A stretch of 64,000 nucleotides of DNA from an uncultured virus (IMG/VR IMGVR_UViG_3300020460_001009) (Duplodnaviria > Heunggongvirae > Uroviricota > Caudoviricetes), in the IMG/VR virus record IMGVR_UViG_3300020460_001009. One strand, written 5' to 3'. Position numbers and translations under genes: made by a program. The notes below the pieces were generated by a model, which was not told where the DNA came from, did not search any database, and worked only from the letters and a program-made list of their open reading frames with translations. Shown here piece after piece: positions 9,571 through 18,105 of the stretch (positions are counted from its first letter, which is position 1; each line of letters opens with the position of its first letter).

Positions 9571-9588
9571 TGGTTAATAATAAACCAA

Positions 9589-9795
9589 TTATTTTTTATC
9601 GTCAAGTCCTTTTATTCTAACTTTCTCCTCAAGTGCATCTTGATATTTGTATGCACACCAACAAAAGAAAGCAACTGCAAGATTTAAGAAACACATCATG
9701 CTTCCCGCAAATGCAAGAATAAACGCTATAACAAGATTAATCCAAAAGAACGCATAGTTAAATTTTTTTCTAGTTTCGTTCGTAAATAAACTCAT
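9589..9795 (-). CDS. small membrane protein
   Basis: two hydrophobic segments; ATGA overlap with upstream gene. Confidence 0.6.
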   Translation of the reverse strand: MSLFTNETRKKFNYAFFWINLVIAFILAFAGSMMCFLNLAVAFFCWCAYKYQDALEEKVRIKGLDDKK

Positions 9796-10031
9796 GGTAG
9801 TATCATACCACCAGACATCTTCGTTTTCAAGGTTTTTGTTGTACTTTTTTGAATTGCAGACTCGGCAGCTGCCTTAGTCATATAATACCCAACAAAACAT
9901 CCCGGACCTGCACCATTGTCAGAACTGAGCATATACACGGTATACGGACATACATCCTTTGGGGCATTCCTCCACTCCTCTACTCGATAAAGGCAATCTC
10001 CCACTTGCCAATTGTACCATGTTCGTTTCAT
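9792..10031 (-). CDS. hypothetical protein
   Basis: ATG at 10031 preceded by a TATTTAT motif. Confidence 0.55.
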   Translation of the reverse strand: MKRTWYNWQVGDCLYRVEEWRNAPKDVCPYTVYMLSSDNGAGPGCFVGYYMTKAAAESAIQKSTTKTLKTKMSGGMILP

Positions 10032-10135
10032 TCTATTATAATAAATATTTTTAAATGAAAAAAAATACAATATAAAATTACAAGTATATATTTATACACA
10101 TATTCTTTACCCAAAGGTTATACTATATTTAATTT

Positions 10136-10210
10136 GGGATGGCCCTCGATCAGTGGTTGGACATCAAACGATGTTGGAGTTAGTGGAAATTGAGGGTCAT
10201 CCTCTTTTTT
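10136..10210 (+). ncRNA. candidate small structured RNA (or long-loop terminator)
   Basis: 14 bp stem GGATGGCCCTCGAT/ATTGAGGGTCATCC fully paired only on + (two G-U), inner hairpin, 3' T-run. Confidence 0.35.
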
Positions 10211-10631
10211 ATTCATCCACAGATCCATCATCTGGGAAAAACTCATCAAAACCATCTTCGTCCGCGAGAGAACCGTCCAACTCAAGTAGCCTCGATTTTA
10301 TGTCAATACCATATGATTTTGCGGCCAGTCGGATGGCATCCAAACTCTCCACTTCAAGTTGAATCTTATCACCGAGTTCTTTACACGCATCGGTTTGCTT
10401 CTTTATTGCCCCCTCAATGCGACTACGGTCGTGGTCAAGTTTCTCACCAGATCCCTTTATTTCCGACCGGCGGTCTGCCAAACGATCTAAAATTTTCAAT
10501 CGTTTCTTAATCTGTTGCTTGCACCAATAAATGGTAGTTACATTGCCTTGGGCAAGCTTGCACAACTCAAGAACTTGATTTCCAAACTCATCATCGGAAT
10601 AACCATTATTATCAATTCTATCATCTCCCAT
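10209..10631 (-). CDS. hypothetical coiled-coil protein
   Basis: 140 aa helical ORF with acidic tail. Confidence 0.6.
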   Translation of the reverse strand: MGDDRIDNNGYSDDEFGNQVLELCKLAQGNVTTIYWCKQQIKKRLKILDRLADRRSEIKGSGEKLDHDRSRIEGAIKKQTDACKELGDKIQLEVESLDAIRLAAKSYGIDIKSRLLELDGSLADEDGFDEFFPDDGSVDE

Positions 10632-10670
10632 TAATTTACCATATCATACAACAATAAATATGGTAAAAAA

Positions 10671-11186
10671 CTAAAAATCATCCGAATAACGTGACGAATT
10701 TGCAGACATATCCTTATACGCATCCATGCGATCCAATTCATCCTGAATATCAGATTCTCCATAAACAAGTTTATCCGAATCCAAGTCTTCCTTTAGAAGT
10801 TTTTCAGGGTCAAAATTCTCAAGTTCAGACTTCCTACCCCTCTTTTTTGGAGTTGCAACGAAGACCTTCTTTCTTCCGTCTGGATGTTGATAAAACGAAA
10901 CTATGTGACGAATGTTTTCAATCCTCTGTGATTCATGGATGGGATTTGGGAACGGAATATCCAACACCTCATCAAGATTTGGTTCTAAAGAAGCAGAGTT
11001 CTTGTTCTTGCTTCCCTTGGGGCGACCACGACCACGTTTCACAACTGGAATGTCGGTGGTCTTGACCTTGTTCTTGCTTCCCTTTGGGCGACCACGACCA
11101 CGTTTCACAACGGGTGAGGTGTTCTTTTTAACTTTATTCTTACTACCTTTGGGTCTACCAGGACCTCGTTTTACTACTTTAGCCAT
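10671..11186 (-). CDS. AT-hook DNA-binding protein
   Basis: three VVKRG(R/P)GRPKGSKNK repeats plus KKRGRK; acidic C-terminus. Confidence 0.8.
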   Translation of the reverse strand: MAKVVKRGPGRPKGSKNKVKKNTSPVVKRGRGRPKGSKNKVKTTDIPVVKRGRGRPKGSKNKNSASLEPNLDEVLDIPFPNPIHESQRIENIRHIVSFYQHPDGRKKVFVATPKKRGRKSELENFDPEKLLKEDLDSDKLVYGESDIQDELDRMDAYKDMSANSSRYSDDF

Positions 11187-11189
11187 AAT

Positions 11190-11375
11190 TTATCTATTAA
11201 TGTTGTTGTCCGAAATTATTTTAGTTCTTATCACCACACATTCATTGGGAGACTGATCCATATACAGATAAGTTGCCAATTGAAGTGCTTGTTCATGTGT
11301 ACATCCCAAGTCTCTGAATCGTTTCTTGAGTTTTTCAAGTAATATTAAATCTTCTGTCAATCCTTTCCAATCCAT
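11190..11375 (-). CDS. hypothetical protein
   Basis: 61 aa ORF in gene run. Confidence 0.5.
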   Translation of the reverse strand: MDWKGLTEDLILLEKLKKRFRDLGCTHEQALQLATYLYMDQSPNECVVIRTKIISDNNINR

Positions 11376-11380
11376 AATAC

Positions 11381-11731
11381 TTAACTATTATTCACAAATC
11401 GTTCCGGGTGTTCGTTCCTAAATGCTTCTTCTATTTCACTTGCAGTCATTCCCGCATAACGATGAGTTCCATCGGCATTGCGATTAATCCTAGCAAATGC
11501 TTGCTCTTGAGTAATCAACGGATTTGGGAGGAGTGAAATTTCATCCTCATCAACGGAGTCAAGTTGACCCCCACCGGATACTGAACTAAACAAGCAATAA
11601 GAAACCTTGGAAACTCCGTTTTCTTCCCACCTTGGTGGAGGAGTCACAATTACGTTTTGAACAATCCAAACACCACCAAAGGATATTTGAACGATATCAC
11701 CTACATTGAATCTTGGTTGTACTTCCGACAT
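11381..11731 (-). CDS. hypothetical protein (SH3-like FxVGDIV start)
   Basis: 116 aa ORF downstream of an early promoter. Confidence 0.6.
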   Translation of the reverse strand: MSEVQPRFNVGDIVQISFGGVWIVQNVIVTPPPRWEENGVSKVSYCLFSSVSGGGQLDSVDEDEISLLPNPLITQEQAFARINRNADGTHRYAGMTASEIEEAFRNEHPERFVNNS

Positions 11732-11778
11732 TTTTTTCTCTTTTTTTAAGTTGTTATTCTCTCAGTTTCAATACGAGT

Positions 11779-11807
11779 AATTTAGCATAATTATTATAAA
11801 AAGTCAA
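11779..11807 (-). promoter_or_regulatory. sigma70-type early promoter
   Basis: TTGACT-17 bp-TAAATT, then ACTCGTATTGAAACTGAG as at 2620. Confidence 0.75.
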
Positions 11808-11825
11808 TACCTAAATGCATCTTTT

Positions 11826-12236
11826 TTATGCGGCCGCAACCATCGGAGAAAACTTGTATCCTCCACCACCGGTCAGATAATCAACTCCGTAAGGACCAAC
11901 ACACGAAAGACCAAAGTCATCGGCAAAAACCGAACCTCTTGAATGCTTTGCAGGTGCCTTCCAAGTTGCAGGCTTCATAATGTCACCAGCAGAATAAGAA
12001 CCCATGCTCTTGGTGTTTCCGTCTACAAGAGCAATGAAGCAATAAACAGACCTCATGTTACCATCGGGGTCGGTGCTTGCAATTCTAAGGAACTTCCGAC
12101 CCGTATCAGCAACAACATACTGATGGTCTTTCGAAGTTCTTGCGTAAGTGGCCGCATAATTAGTTCTATAATGATTATGCATATTTTGGTTTACCAACTG
12201 CATAAAGTTTTCAATTCTCTCGTTTAGATTATTCAT
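11826..12236 (-). CDS. conserved phage hypothetical protein
   Basis: SVYCFI...GDIMKPATWKAPAKHSRG motif, recalled from large-phage early proteins; start reassigned to 12236. Confidence 0.65.
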   Translation of the reverse strand: MNNLNERIENFMQLVNQNMHNHYRTNYAATYARTSKDHQYVVADTGRKFLRIASTDPDGNMRSVYCFIALVDGNTKSMGSYSAGDIMKPATWKAPAKHSRGSVFADDFGLSCVGPYGVDYLTGGGGYKFSPMVAAA

Positions 12237-12273
12237 ATTTTTGTTTTGGTTCTTTCTCACTCTCAATACAAGT

Positions 12274-12302
12274 ACTTTACCAAATTTTTTATAAAAAGTC
12301 AA
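12274..12302 (-). promoter_or_regulatory. sigma70-type early promoter
   Basis: TTGACT-17 bp-TAAAGT then ACTTGTATTGAGA. Confidence 0.75.
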
Positions 12303-12340
12303 GCATTATTTTTATAATAATCACCGAATTGGTAATTTAA

Positions 12341-12429
12341 GCATGATATATCAAGCAGTAGTCGTGATTTACGCACTTGAATAGTATATTTCCACTCGAA
12401 ATCTATCATTGTGCATGATATATCAAGCA
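12341..12429. repeat. two 17 bp direct repeats with palindromic core
   Basis: GCATGATATATCAAGCA at 12341-12357 and 12413-12429. Confidence 0.8.
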
Positions 12430-12435
12430 TGGTTA

Positions 12436-13425
12436 TCAAATTAAGATTGAATTTTGTGTTTTGTGTTCTTGGAGCAGCTGAGAAATTGCGTAATCTTTTG
12501 CTTTCACTTCACATTCCCACTTTATTTCACGTGAAGAAGTCGGAGGAAAGTAGTTGGTTGAAAAATAGTCACGATGAGAACGTGGTTTGTCAGATGTGCC
12601 TTGTGACCAATGAAACACAGGTGTGTGCTTTTTAGGCCATGTCTTCAAACAAAGTTCCATGTTGGTTTCTATGTCGTTTCCACACGTGTTGTTGCACTCG
12701 TCATGCAGATTGTCGTAGCAAATCGGAATGTGAACCTTGTATGTTTTCTTGAGATATTTGTGAAACATAAGAATGTGTTCAACACTAAAAAATCCTTTGT
12801 CTTCGTTTTCTATCGTTAAACGATTGCGAACCGATTCACTGCATTGTTTGAATCCTTCGTAAAAACGGTCACCCAATTCTTTTATTTTCTCGTCAAGTGG
12901 CAACCGAATATGACTCGGACTTGCATTGACATGAATATTCACAGGACAATCCAAATTTTTGGGCAACTTCATGTAATCAAGAATACTACATTGGAAGTTA
13001 AGTTCGTTGATAGTTTTTATTACTGCATCTTTGTTCATAGAAGCAAGAACGTTGAATTGGTCTGGATGACTACCAACGGAAACTTTTGATTTCTTGATTT
13101 GCTTTCCCAACAAATTTAGTTCAAGACTTACATTGTGATAATCATGCAACGACTCAAACTTTAAATTCAACGTTGGGTCTGTAATAAGTGGTAAACTTGC
13201 ACAGGTCAAACGATAATGAGCAATTCCTTTTTGCTCACAATGATCAATAACTAACCCCGTAACTTCTATGTTTGTAAGAATACGGTCGGTAAGTTCTTTG
13301 ATTGCATAATCACGACTATGCAAGTTTGTCAAGTCATTGAATCGTTTGCGTGTCATGGTGCGAAACGCAATATCTTTATTGATGGTTTTCAGTTGTTCTG
13401 AAATACAGACAAGTCCAAGTTTCAT
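12436..13425 (-). CDS. uvsE: UV damage endonuclease
   Basis: KLGLVCIS, SHPDQFNVL, NIHV, RLTIENED, YDNLH, FHWS, HRDY, ECEVKAKD. Confidence 0.9.
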   Translation of the reverse strand: MKLGLVCISEQLKTINKDIAFRTMTRKRFNDLTNLHSRDYAIKELTDRILTNIEVTGLVIDHCEQKGIAHYRLTCASLPLITDPTLNLKFESLHDYHNVSLELNLLGKQIKKSKVSVGSHPDQFNVLASMNKDAVIKTINELNFQCSILDYMKLPKNLDCPVNIHVNASPSHIRLPLDEKIKELGDRFYEGFKQCSESVRNRLTIENEDKGFFSVEHILMFHKYLKKTYKVHIPICYDNLHDECNNTCGNDIETNMELCLKTWPKKHTPVFHWSQGTSDKPRSHRDYFSTNYFPPTSSREIKWECEVKAKDYAISQLLQEHKTQNSILI

Positions 13426-13431
13426 TGTATT

Positions 13432-13460
13432 AATATACTTTAGTTATTATAAAAAGTCAA
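13432..13460 (-). promoter_or_regulatory. sigma70-type promoter, near-leaderless, for uvsE
   Basis: TTGACT-17 bp-TATATT with ATG 6 nt downstream. Confidence 0.7.
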
Positions 13461-13461
13461 T

Positions 13462-13710
13462 TCAGTTTTTGAAAGCATAATAAAATCTTACACTCATATA
13501 CTCATCTGTTTGATCAAGTGCTTCTATTTCTGATACAACGTACCCCATATCTGCCATTCTTGGATATACAATCGGAAAATACTTTTTACTACACCGATAC
13601 AAAATACAATCATCCATATCAATAACATCATATTGCGTTTCCGCAAATTCTTCAAGAAGTGCAATTGCCTTTGAACTCAAGATAATAAAAAGATTGCAAT
13701 GCATCCACAC
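13462..13710 (-). CDS. hypothetical protein
   Basis: ORF filling the gap; start uncertain. Confidence 0.45.
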   Translation of the reverse strand: MWMHCNLFIILSSKAIALLEEFAETQYDVIDMDDCILYRCSKKYFPIVYPRMADMGYVVSEIEALDQTDEYMSVRFYYAFKN

Positions 13711-14042
13711 AACACACCAAGTGCAGGTAAATACTTTGTGATTTTGTCCCTTACACGAAAATGCATATACAAAGCACCCAACATAAAAAATGCCAATGCA
13801 GCTGCCGAAGGTTTCGTTAAAACCGGATAAAAGATTGCAGTCACCAAAGATACCGCAAGCATGGGTTTTACGATGCTAGTTACTGCGTAAACTCGTTTGC
13901 TCAGTCCATATTGCTGAAACTCCTCACTGAGATTTCGTGCAGACGCCCCTCGAAATGGAGTTTCTTTATTTGCACGAAGAAACCATACATTCAAAATGGT
14001 AAGTGCAACAACTATCTGTAAACACACGGTGATTTCAATCAT
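13677..14042 (-). CDS. DoxX-family membrane protein
   Basis: four hydrophobic segments, LNVWFLR, EEFQQYGL, GALYMHFRVRD. Confidence 0.75.
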   Translation of the reverse strand: MIEITVCLQIVVALTILNVWFLRANKETPFRGASARNLSEEFQQYGLSKRVYAVTSIVKPMLAVSLVTAIFYPVLTKPSAAALAFFMLGALYMHFRVRDKITKYLPALGVLCGCIAIFLLS

Positions 14043-14043
14043 A

Positions 14044-14190
14044 TCAACTAAATATAAAACCAAGGATAACGAAAATCAAAATATAGGGAGTTAACCAAAA
14101 GATTGACTCCGTGATACACCGACTCCAAAAGTCAATGTATTCTTCTTGCATTTTCTGAAGTTCTTTTTGTGTAGGTTTTTTCTTTGTCAT
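14044..14190 (-). CDS. small membrane protein (48 aa, below ORF-track cutoff)
   Basis: MTKKKPTQKELQKMQEEYIDFWSRCITESIFWLTPYILIFVILGFIFS, abuts both neighbours. Confidence 0.5.
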   Translation of the reverse strand: MTKKKPTQKELQKMQEEYIDFWSRCITESIFWLTPYILIFVILGFIFS

Positions 14191-14191
14191 T

Positions 14192-14536
14192 TTAATCTTT
14201 GAATGTAGTACGAACTTCTGTCATCAACTCTTCCATTTTTGCCTCAGGAAGAACTATTGTAGGATCAGTATCCGAATCCATGCAGCTGCTGAGACTTACC
14301 AGGGTTTCAACCAAATCAATTGAATCCGACAACTCAGATTCCGTTTGTTGTGTTATATTACATGACGCACCTGAGTTGTGGATGCCTGGGTTGGCAATCA
14401 CCTTTTTACCGAACTTCTGTTCTTTGGAATCACTCAAATCGGAAATTGAATTTCGAATAGTTTCACGAAGTTCACTTTCCGTAAAATAATCAGAGTTATA
14501 TGAGACTTCAACATCAAATTTACATTTATTAATCAT
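14192..14536 (-). CDS. hypothetical protein
   Basis: 114 aa ORF. Confidence 0.6.
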   Translation of the reverse strand: MINKCKFDVEVSYNSDYFTESELRETIRNSISDLSDSKEQKFGKKVIANPGIHNSGASCNITQQTESELSDSIDLVETLVSLSSCMDSDTDPTIVLPEAKMEELMTEVRTTFKD

Positions 14537-14559
14537 AACTCATTAATTTAATCAAATAG

Positions 14560-14853
14560 TCAATATTTGTCAACAACTTTAATACACGTTACTCTATCCG
14601 ATGAAATATTGTCACCATACTTCCATTGGTCTTTCGTTGGAAGTTCCGTCAAATGCAAATCCGAACAATCAACCTCATATACATACCACCTTCCCGTATC
14701 GGAATACTTCAAATAATGATTCTCAATGTAATCCAATGTACCCAAAAAAACAAATCTGCTAAACTTCTCATAATAATTATGAAGGGTTTTGACGTTAACC
14801 GCAAGACCCCTATCATCCAAATCTGAAATTGGTGAGACGTGATAGATACACAT
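14560..14853 (-). CDS. hypothetical protein, possibly ADP-ribosyltransferase-like fold
   Basis: YHVSP...GL...FVFL...VYEVD pattern; weak. Confidence 0.4.
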   Translation of the reverse strand: MCIYHVSPISDLDDRGLAVNVKTLHNYYEKFSRFVFLGTLDYIENHYLKYSDTGRWYVYEVDCSDLHLTELPTKDQWKYGDNISSDRVTCIKVVDKY

Positions 14854-14859
14854 AAATGT

Positions 14860-15177
14860 TTACGAATTACCCCTTTCGTGGATTTCCAAACCCTTTTCAG
14901 AAATGTTATTCGTTATAAACTTAGACAATCCATCCCATGTGATGATTTCTCCATTTGCAAGAATTTCAAATTCTCCATAATCACGAACCATTGGATTTCC
15001 ATTTTTATCATATCCAGAATAAACCATCGTTCGTCCAGTTACTCCACCATCTTCCGCATAAACGTCAATTTCAAAACACATATTGGTGTTTTCTTCTCCA
15101 ACGAAATCATCATCATCTTCGAAGTCCGAAAAGTGTTCTGAAAATGCTTGTAAAGTTGCTTTGACTTGAGGACTCAT
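14860..15177 (-). CDS. hypothetical acidic protein
   Basis: ATGA overlap with upstream gene at 15174-15177. Confidence 0.6.
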   Translation of the reverse strand: MSPQVKATLQAFSEHFSDFEDDDDFVGEENTNMCFEIDVYAEDGGVTGRTMVYSGYDKNGNPMVRDYGEFEILANGEIITWDGLSKFITNNISEKGLEIHERGNS

Positions 15178-15545
15178 GGAACTTCCTCCACGCAATCGGC
15201 ATAATCTTCTTCTGCCAAGAAAAATCCTTGGTCACTTGCCGAGTTACTTTGACCTTGAAATCCAGGTTCACCATTCTTCTCATAACACCGAGTGTGATAA
15301 AAAGTTGCCTGATGTTCATTGTTAAGGCAGATGTCTTCTGCGTTTTCATCTATATCCCAATTACTACCATATGCATGATCGTCACTCCGATTATAGATAT
15401 GACCGTATCCGTCATATTCACCTTGAACAACTTCACCGGTTTTTAGAACCATCGTAATCTTGTTCATCCAATCAATTTCCTTGGGTGAATAAGGTGACAC
15501 GATGCTCTTGTTACAACACTTGCAGTTCCAACTAAAAAATCCCAT
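15174..15545 (-). CDS. conserved phage hypothetical protein (MGFFSW-CxxC)
   Basis: GGAG RBS; MGFFSWNCKCC...YDGYG...HTRC...DQGFF. Confidence 0.65.
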   Translation of the reverse strand: MGFFSWNCKCCNKSIVSPYSPKEIDWMNKITMVLKTGEVVQGEYDGYGHIYNRSDDHAYGSNWDIDENAEDICLNNEHQATFYHTRCYEKNGEPGFQGQSNSASDQGFFLAEEDYADCVEEVP

Positions 15546-15561
15546 TTTATCTATCTCCTAT

Positions 15562-16032
15562 TTATGCGTTCCTCAATTCATCGGAAAGACGTCCAATGAT
15601 TTCGGATTGGTGTGGTTCGTAAATCGTGTAATAATCCAACTCGGCACGTAGTGCGTAAAGTTCGTTTGCCTTATAGTTCTTAAAAACAAGCAAAGGTTCA
15701 TCAAGCAATTCCGCACGTTTCGTAACTGCTTCACTAATGAACTCTGCCATTGCTTCAAATGCCTCATCGGACGAATCCCTGACATGACTCCAATCCCAAA
15801 GCATATCCTTGATGGTTTCTACATCGTGATTGCTTTCCGACAAATTTCCAAAACCATCGGCATGGAGATACCTAGCATCTGCATCAATCGTATTGTTGAT
15901 GTGCTTGGTGTTCTCGCCGGTATAATGAAGGAACGACACAACATAATTCCGTGCCAACCTTGATCCTACATACTCATCTACTTCACTCATAATCTCTCTT
16001 TCGTTTGAATTTTTAATTTGGATATCACTCAT
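15562..16032 (-). CDS. hypothetical protein
   Basis: ATG 16032 immediately after the early promoter. Confidence 0.65.
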   Translation of the reverse strand: MSDIQIKNSNEREIMSEVDEYVGSRLARNYVVSFLHYTGENTKHINNTIDADARYLHADGFGNLSESNHDVETIKDMLWDWSHVRDSSDEAFEAMAEFISEAVTKRAELLDEPLLVFKNYKANELYALRAELDYYTIYEPHQSEIIGRLSDELRNA

Positions 16033-16045
16033 TCTCAATACAAGT

Positions 16046-16074
16046 ACTTTACCAAAATTATTATAAAAAGTCAA
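16046..16074 (-). promoter_or_regulatory. sigma70-type early promoter
   Basis: TTGACT-17 bp-TAAAGT then ACTTGTATTGAGA-ATG. Confidence 0.75.
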
Positions 16075-16077
16075 GCA

Positions 16078-16776
16078 TTATTTTAATTTCCTTTCCAAAT
16101 CGGTATGCACCCACCACCTTGCCACAAGGAATCCAAACAACCCACCACCCAAGTGAGCAAAATGTGCAATGTTATCCGCAGGATTTACCACAAATGCCAA
16201 ATATGCCTCGACTGCAACATACGCAATAACCAACCACTTTGCCCTGATGGAAATTGGTAAAAGTAAAAACGAAAGTCGTGCAGTTGGAAACAAATATGCA
16301 AATGCAACCAAAATACCAAACACTACTCCAGATGCACCGACCATACTACCAAAGTATATACTCAATGCCTCTCGGGGCAGTGTAGTTGATTCACCCATTG
16401 CCCAATTTGCCAATTCCAGTGTATCATTGACTACAGGAAACACCAAACTTGTAAGTTGATATAACTGATACATCATATATCCCGTGTGGAGTGATGCCGC
16501 TCCGACTGCAACTATCACATAAAACTTAAGCATTCGTTTAAATCCCCATACCTTCTCAAGAGCATTACCAAACATAACAATAATAAACACATTAAAAAAC
16601 AGATGCCATATATCTCCGTGCATCAATGAATATGTGAACAATTGATATGGTCTAAAATTATCTGCTCCGACATACGACAACTGGAACATAAGATTGAATT
16701 CTGGCCAGTAAATACCTTGCAGAGCAAACACCAATACGTTTACCCACGCAAAAAGTCTGATTGCCGGAGTCATCAT
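16078..16776 (-). CDS. rhomboid intramembrane serine protease
   Basis: HGDIWHLFFN, GASG (catalytic Ser), AHFAHLGG (catalytic His). Confidence 0.9.
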   Translation of the reverse strand: MMTPAIRLFAWVNVLVFALQGIYWPEFNLMFQLSYVGADNFRPYQLFTYSLMHGDIWHLFFNVFIIVMFGNALEKVWGFKRMLKFYVIVAVGAASLHTGYMMYQLYQLTSLVFPVVNDTLELANWAMGESTTLPREALSIYFGSMVGASGVVFGILVAFAYLFPTARLSFLLLPISIRAKWLVIAYVAVEAYLAFVVNPADNIAHFAHLGGGLFGFLVARWWVHTDLERKLK

Positions 16777-16991
16777 GATTGGTAATAATATGTGTTGGGA
16801 CCCACTATCGTAAAACTGAAATTCCGTGCGTTGTCTTTGTATTCACGTGCTTCGTACATATACTTAAATGCCTCACCCTCGGTATCAAGGGTTTTCTTTA
16901 TGACCAAAGCACCCGTCTCCTTGACCTTGATTGTCAATGTATGAGGTTGGTTTGTTAGATTCGTATAATTATTCATAATCAAGGTTTCCAC
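16773..16991 (-). CDS. hypothetical protein
   Basis: 72 aa ORF, ATGA overlap with the rhomboid gene. Confidence 0.55.
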   Translation of the reverse strand: METLIMNNYTNLTNQPHTLTIKVKETGALVIKKTLDTEGEAFKYMYEAREYKDNARNFSFTIVGPNTYYYQS

Positions 16992-17048
16992 ATAATAATC
17001 ATCATTGCGAGTAAAATCAACAATATTAATCCCCAGTTAGCACTTTTT

Positions 17049-17417
17049 TCATTCATATCTTATTCTTGTTAGTATTTGTATCAGTTTGTATAAAATTCCT
17101 CCGCAGATTAGACCACTCCACCCTGCAACCACGTCATCAAATCCGAAATAACGATTCGGCAAAAAATATTGAGCAGTTTCTTCAATTGCCAATATCACCA
17201 TCAATACTGCTAGGATTTTCCACCAAGAAAACTTGTGGGAAAACGACATCATTGAAAGCAACGACAATACGAATGCAAGCACAAGATGAAGCACCTTGTC
17301 ACCACCCACCCAAACTTCAAGTTGGTTGGTAAAGTCACCACCCAAGATTTTGGATATCGCAAGATACCCAACAAAGGCAACGAAACCGACCAACAGGGTC
17401 AATGGTATTTTCTGCAT
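17049..17417 (-). CDS. VanZ-like membrane protein
   Basis: DKVLH...EETAQYFLPNR.F.FDDVVA signature. Confidence 0.75.
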   Translation of the reverse strand: MQKIPLTLLVGFVAFVGYLAISKILGGDFTNQLEVWVGGDKVLHLVLAFVLSLLSMMSFSHKFSWWKILAVLMVILAIEETAQYFLPNRYFGFDDVVAGWSGLICGGILYKLIQILTRIRYE

Positions 17418-17732
17418 TACTTAGTTTAAAATTGATTTAAGTTTGAAGGCAAGACTTTCAAGAAAAGTCTTTTGTTGTGGTTGTCTAATTGTCATTGTGA
17501 CGGAATTAAACGACACCGTTCCACCCTTCCGCAGAAGCACCCTGTACAGCCGTGGATTTCGTTCTTTTGTGATTACGATAATTTTCTTCTCTTTCTGCAC
17601 GGTTCGTCTTCATAAGTTGATTGATTGTTGTCACACATTCGTTTCCGAATATGGGTTGATGATTTCTCAACAACACTATATTAAATATATATCAAGTCGC
17701 ATCAATTTGCAAGACTTATTTTAATGTTTTAT

Positions 17733-17765
17733 AGAAAAAGAACCACCCCAATGGAGTGGTTCTTC
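17733..17765 (-). terminator. intrinsic terminator
   Basis: AAGAACCACTCC-att-GGGGTGGTTCTT hairpin followed by T-run. Confidence 0.7.
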
Positions 17766-17790
17766 ATCAACTTACCAACATTGATTACAT

Positions 17791-18087
17791 CTATTCGCAA
17801 TCACTTTCGTCATACTCTTCTTCGTCATCAAATTCTCCAAATGCTTCTCGCATATAAGGTGAAACTGCACCCATGTCGTATGTATTTTCATCATACTCGT
17901 CATAATCAACCTCGTCCTCTTCTTCAAGAACAGAATCAAGTTGTTCATATTCTTCCTGAACATCTTTCTTCGTTGGTTGAATAACATAATCTGTTGCAGA
18001 ACCTTCCTCCACATCTTTCTCTGCCTTTAATTCCGCAAATAATTTTTGATATGCGATTGGTAAATCTTTAATTTGTCTAGGTATCAT
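17791..18087 (-). CDS. highly acidic hypothetical protein
   Basis: 98 aa, D/E-rich C-terminal half. Confidence 0.6.
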   Translation of the reverse strand: MIPRQIKDLPIAYQKLFAELKAEKDVEEGSATDYVIQPTKKDVQEEYEQLDSVLEEEDEVDYDEYDENTYDMGAVSPYMREAFGEFDDEEEYDESDCE

Positions 18088-18105
18088 GTCAATAAAACGT
18101 ATCTC

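Noticed and set aside
12341..12429. Mini CRISPR array
   Set aside because: Only two 17 bp repeats with a 55 bp gap, and no cas genes.
8465..16074. ORF-track N-termini 'MTFY...VLVLR' shared by three genes (starts 8507, 12302, 16074)
   Set aside because: The TTG start is the -35 box of the repeated promoter, so the shared peptide is translated promoter DNA; the real starts are downstream.
17505..17635. Frame reading VTTINQLMK...KSTAVQG resembling the start of ribosomal protein S12
   Set aside because: It stops after ~42 codons and lacks the S12 core (PKKPNSA); probably chance.
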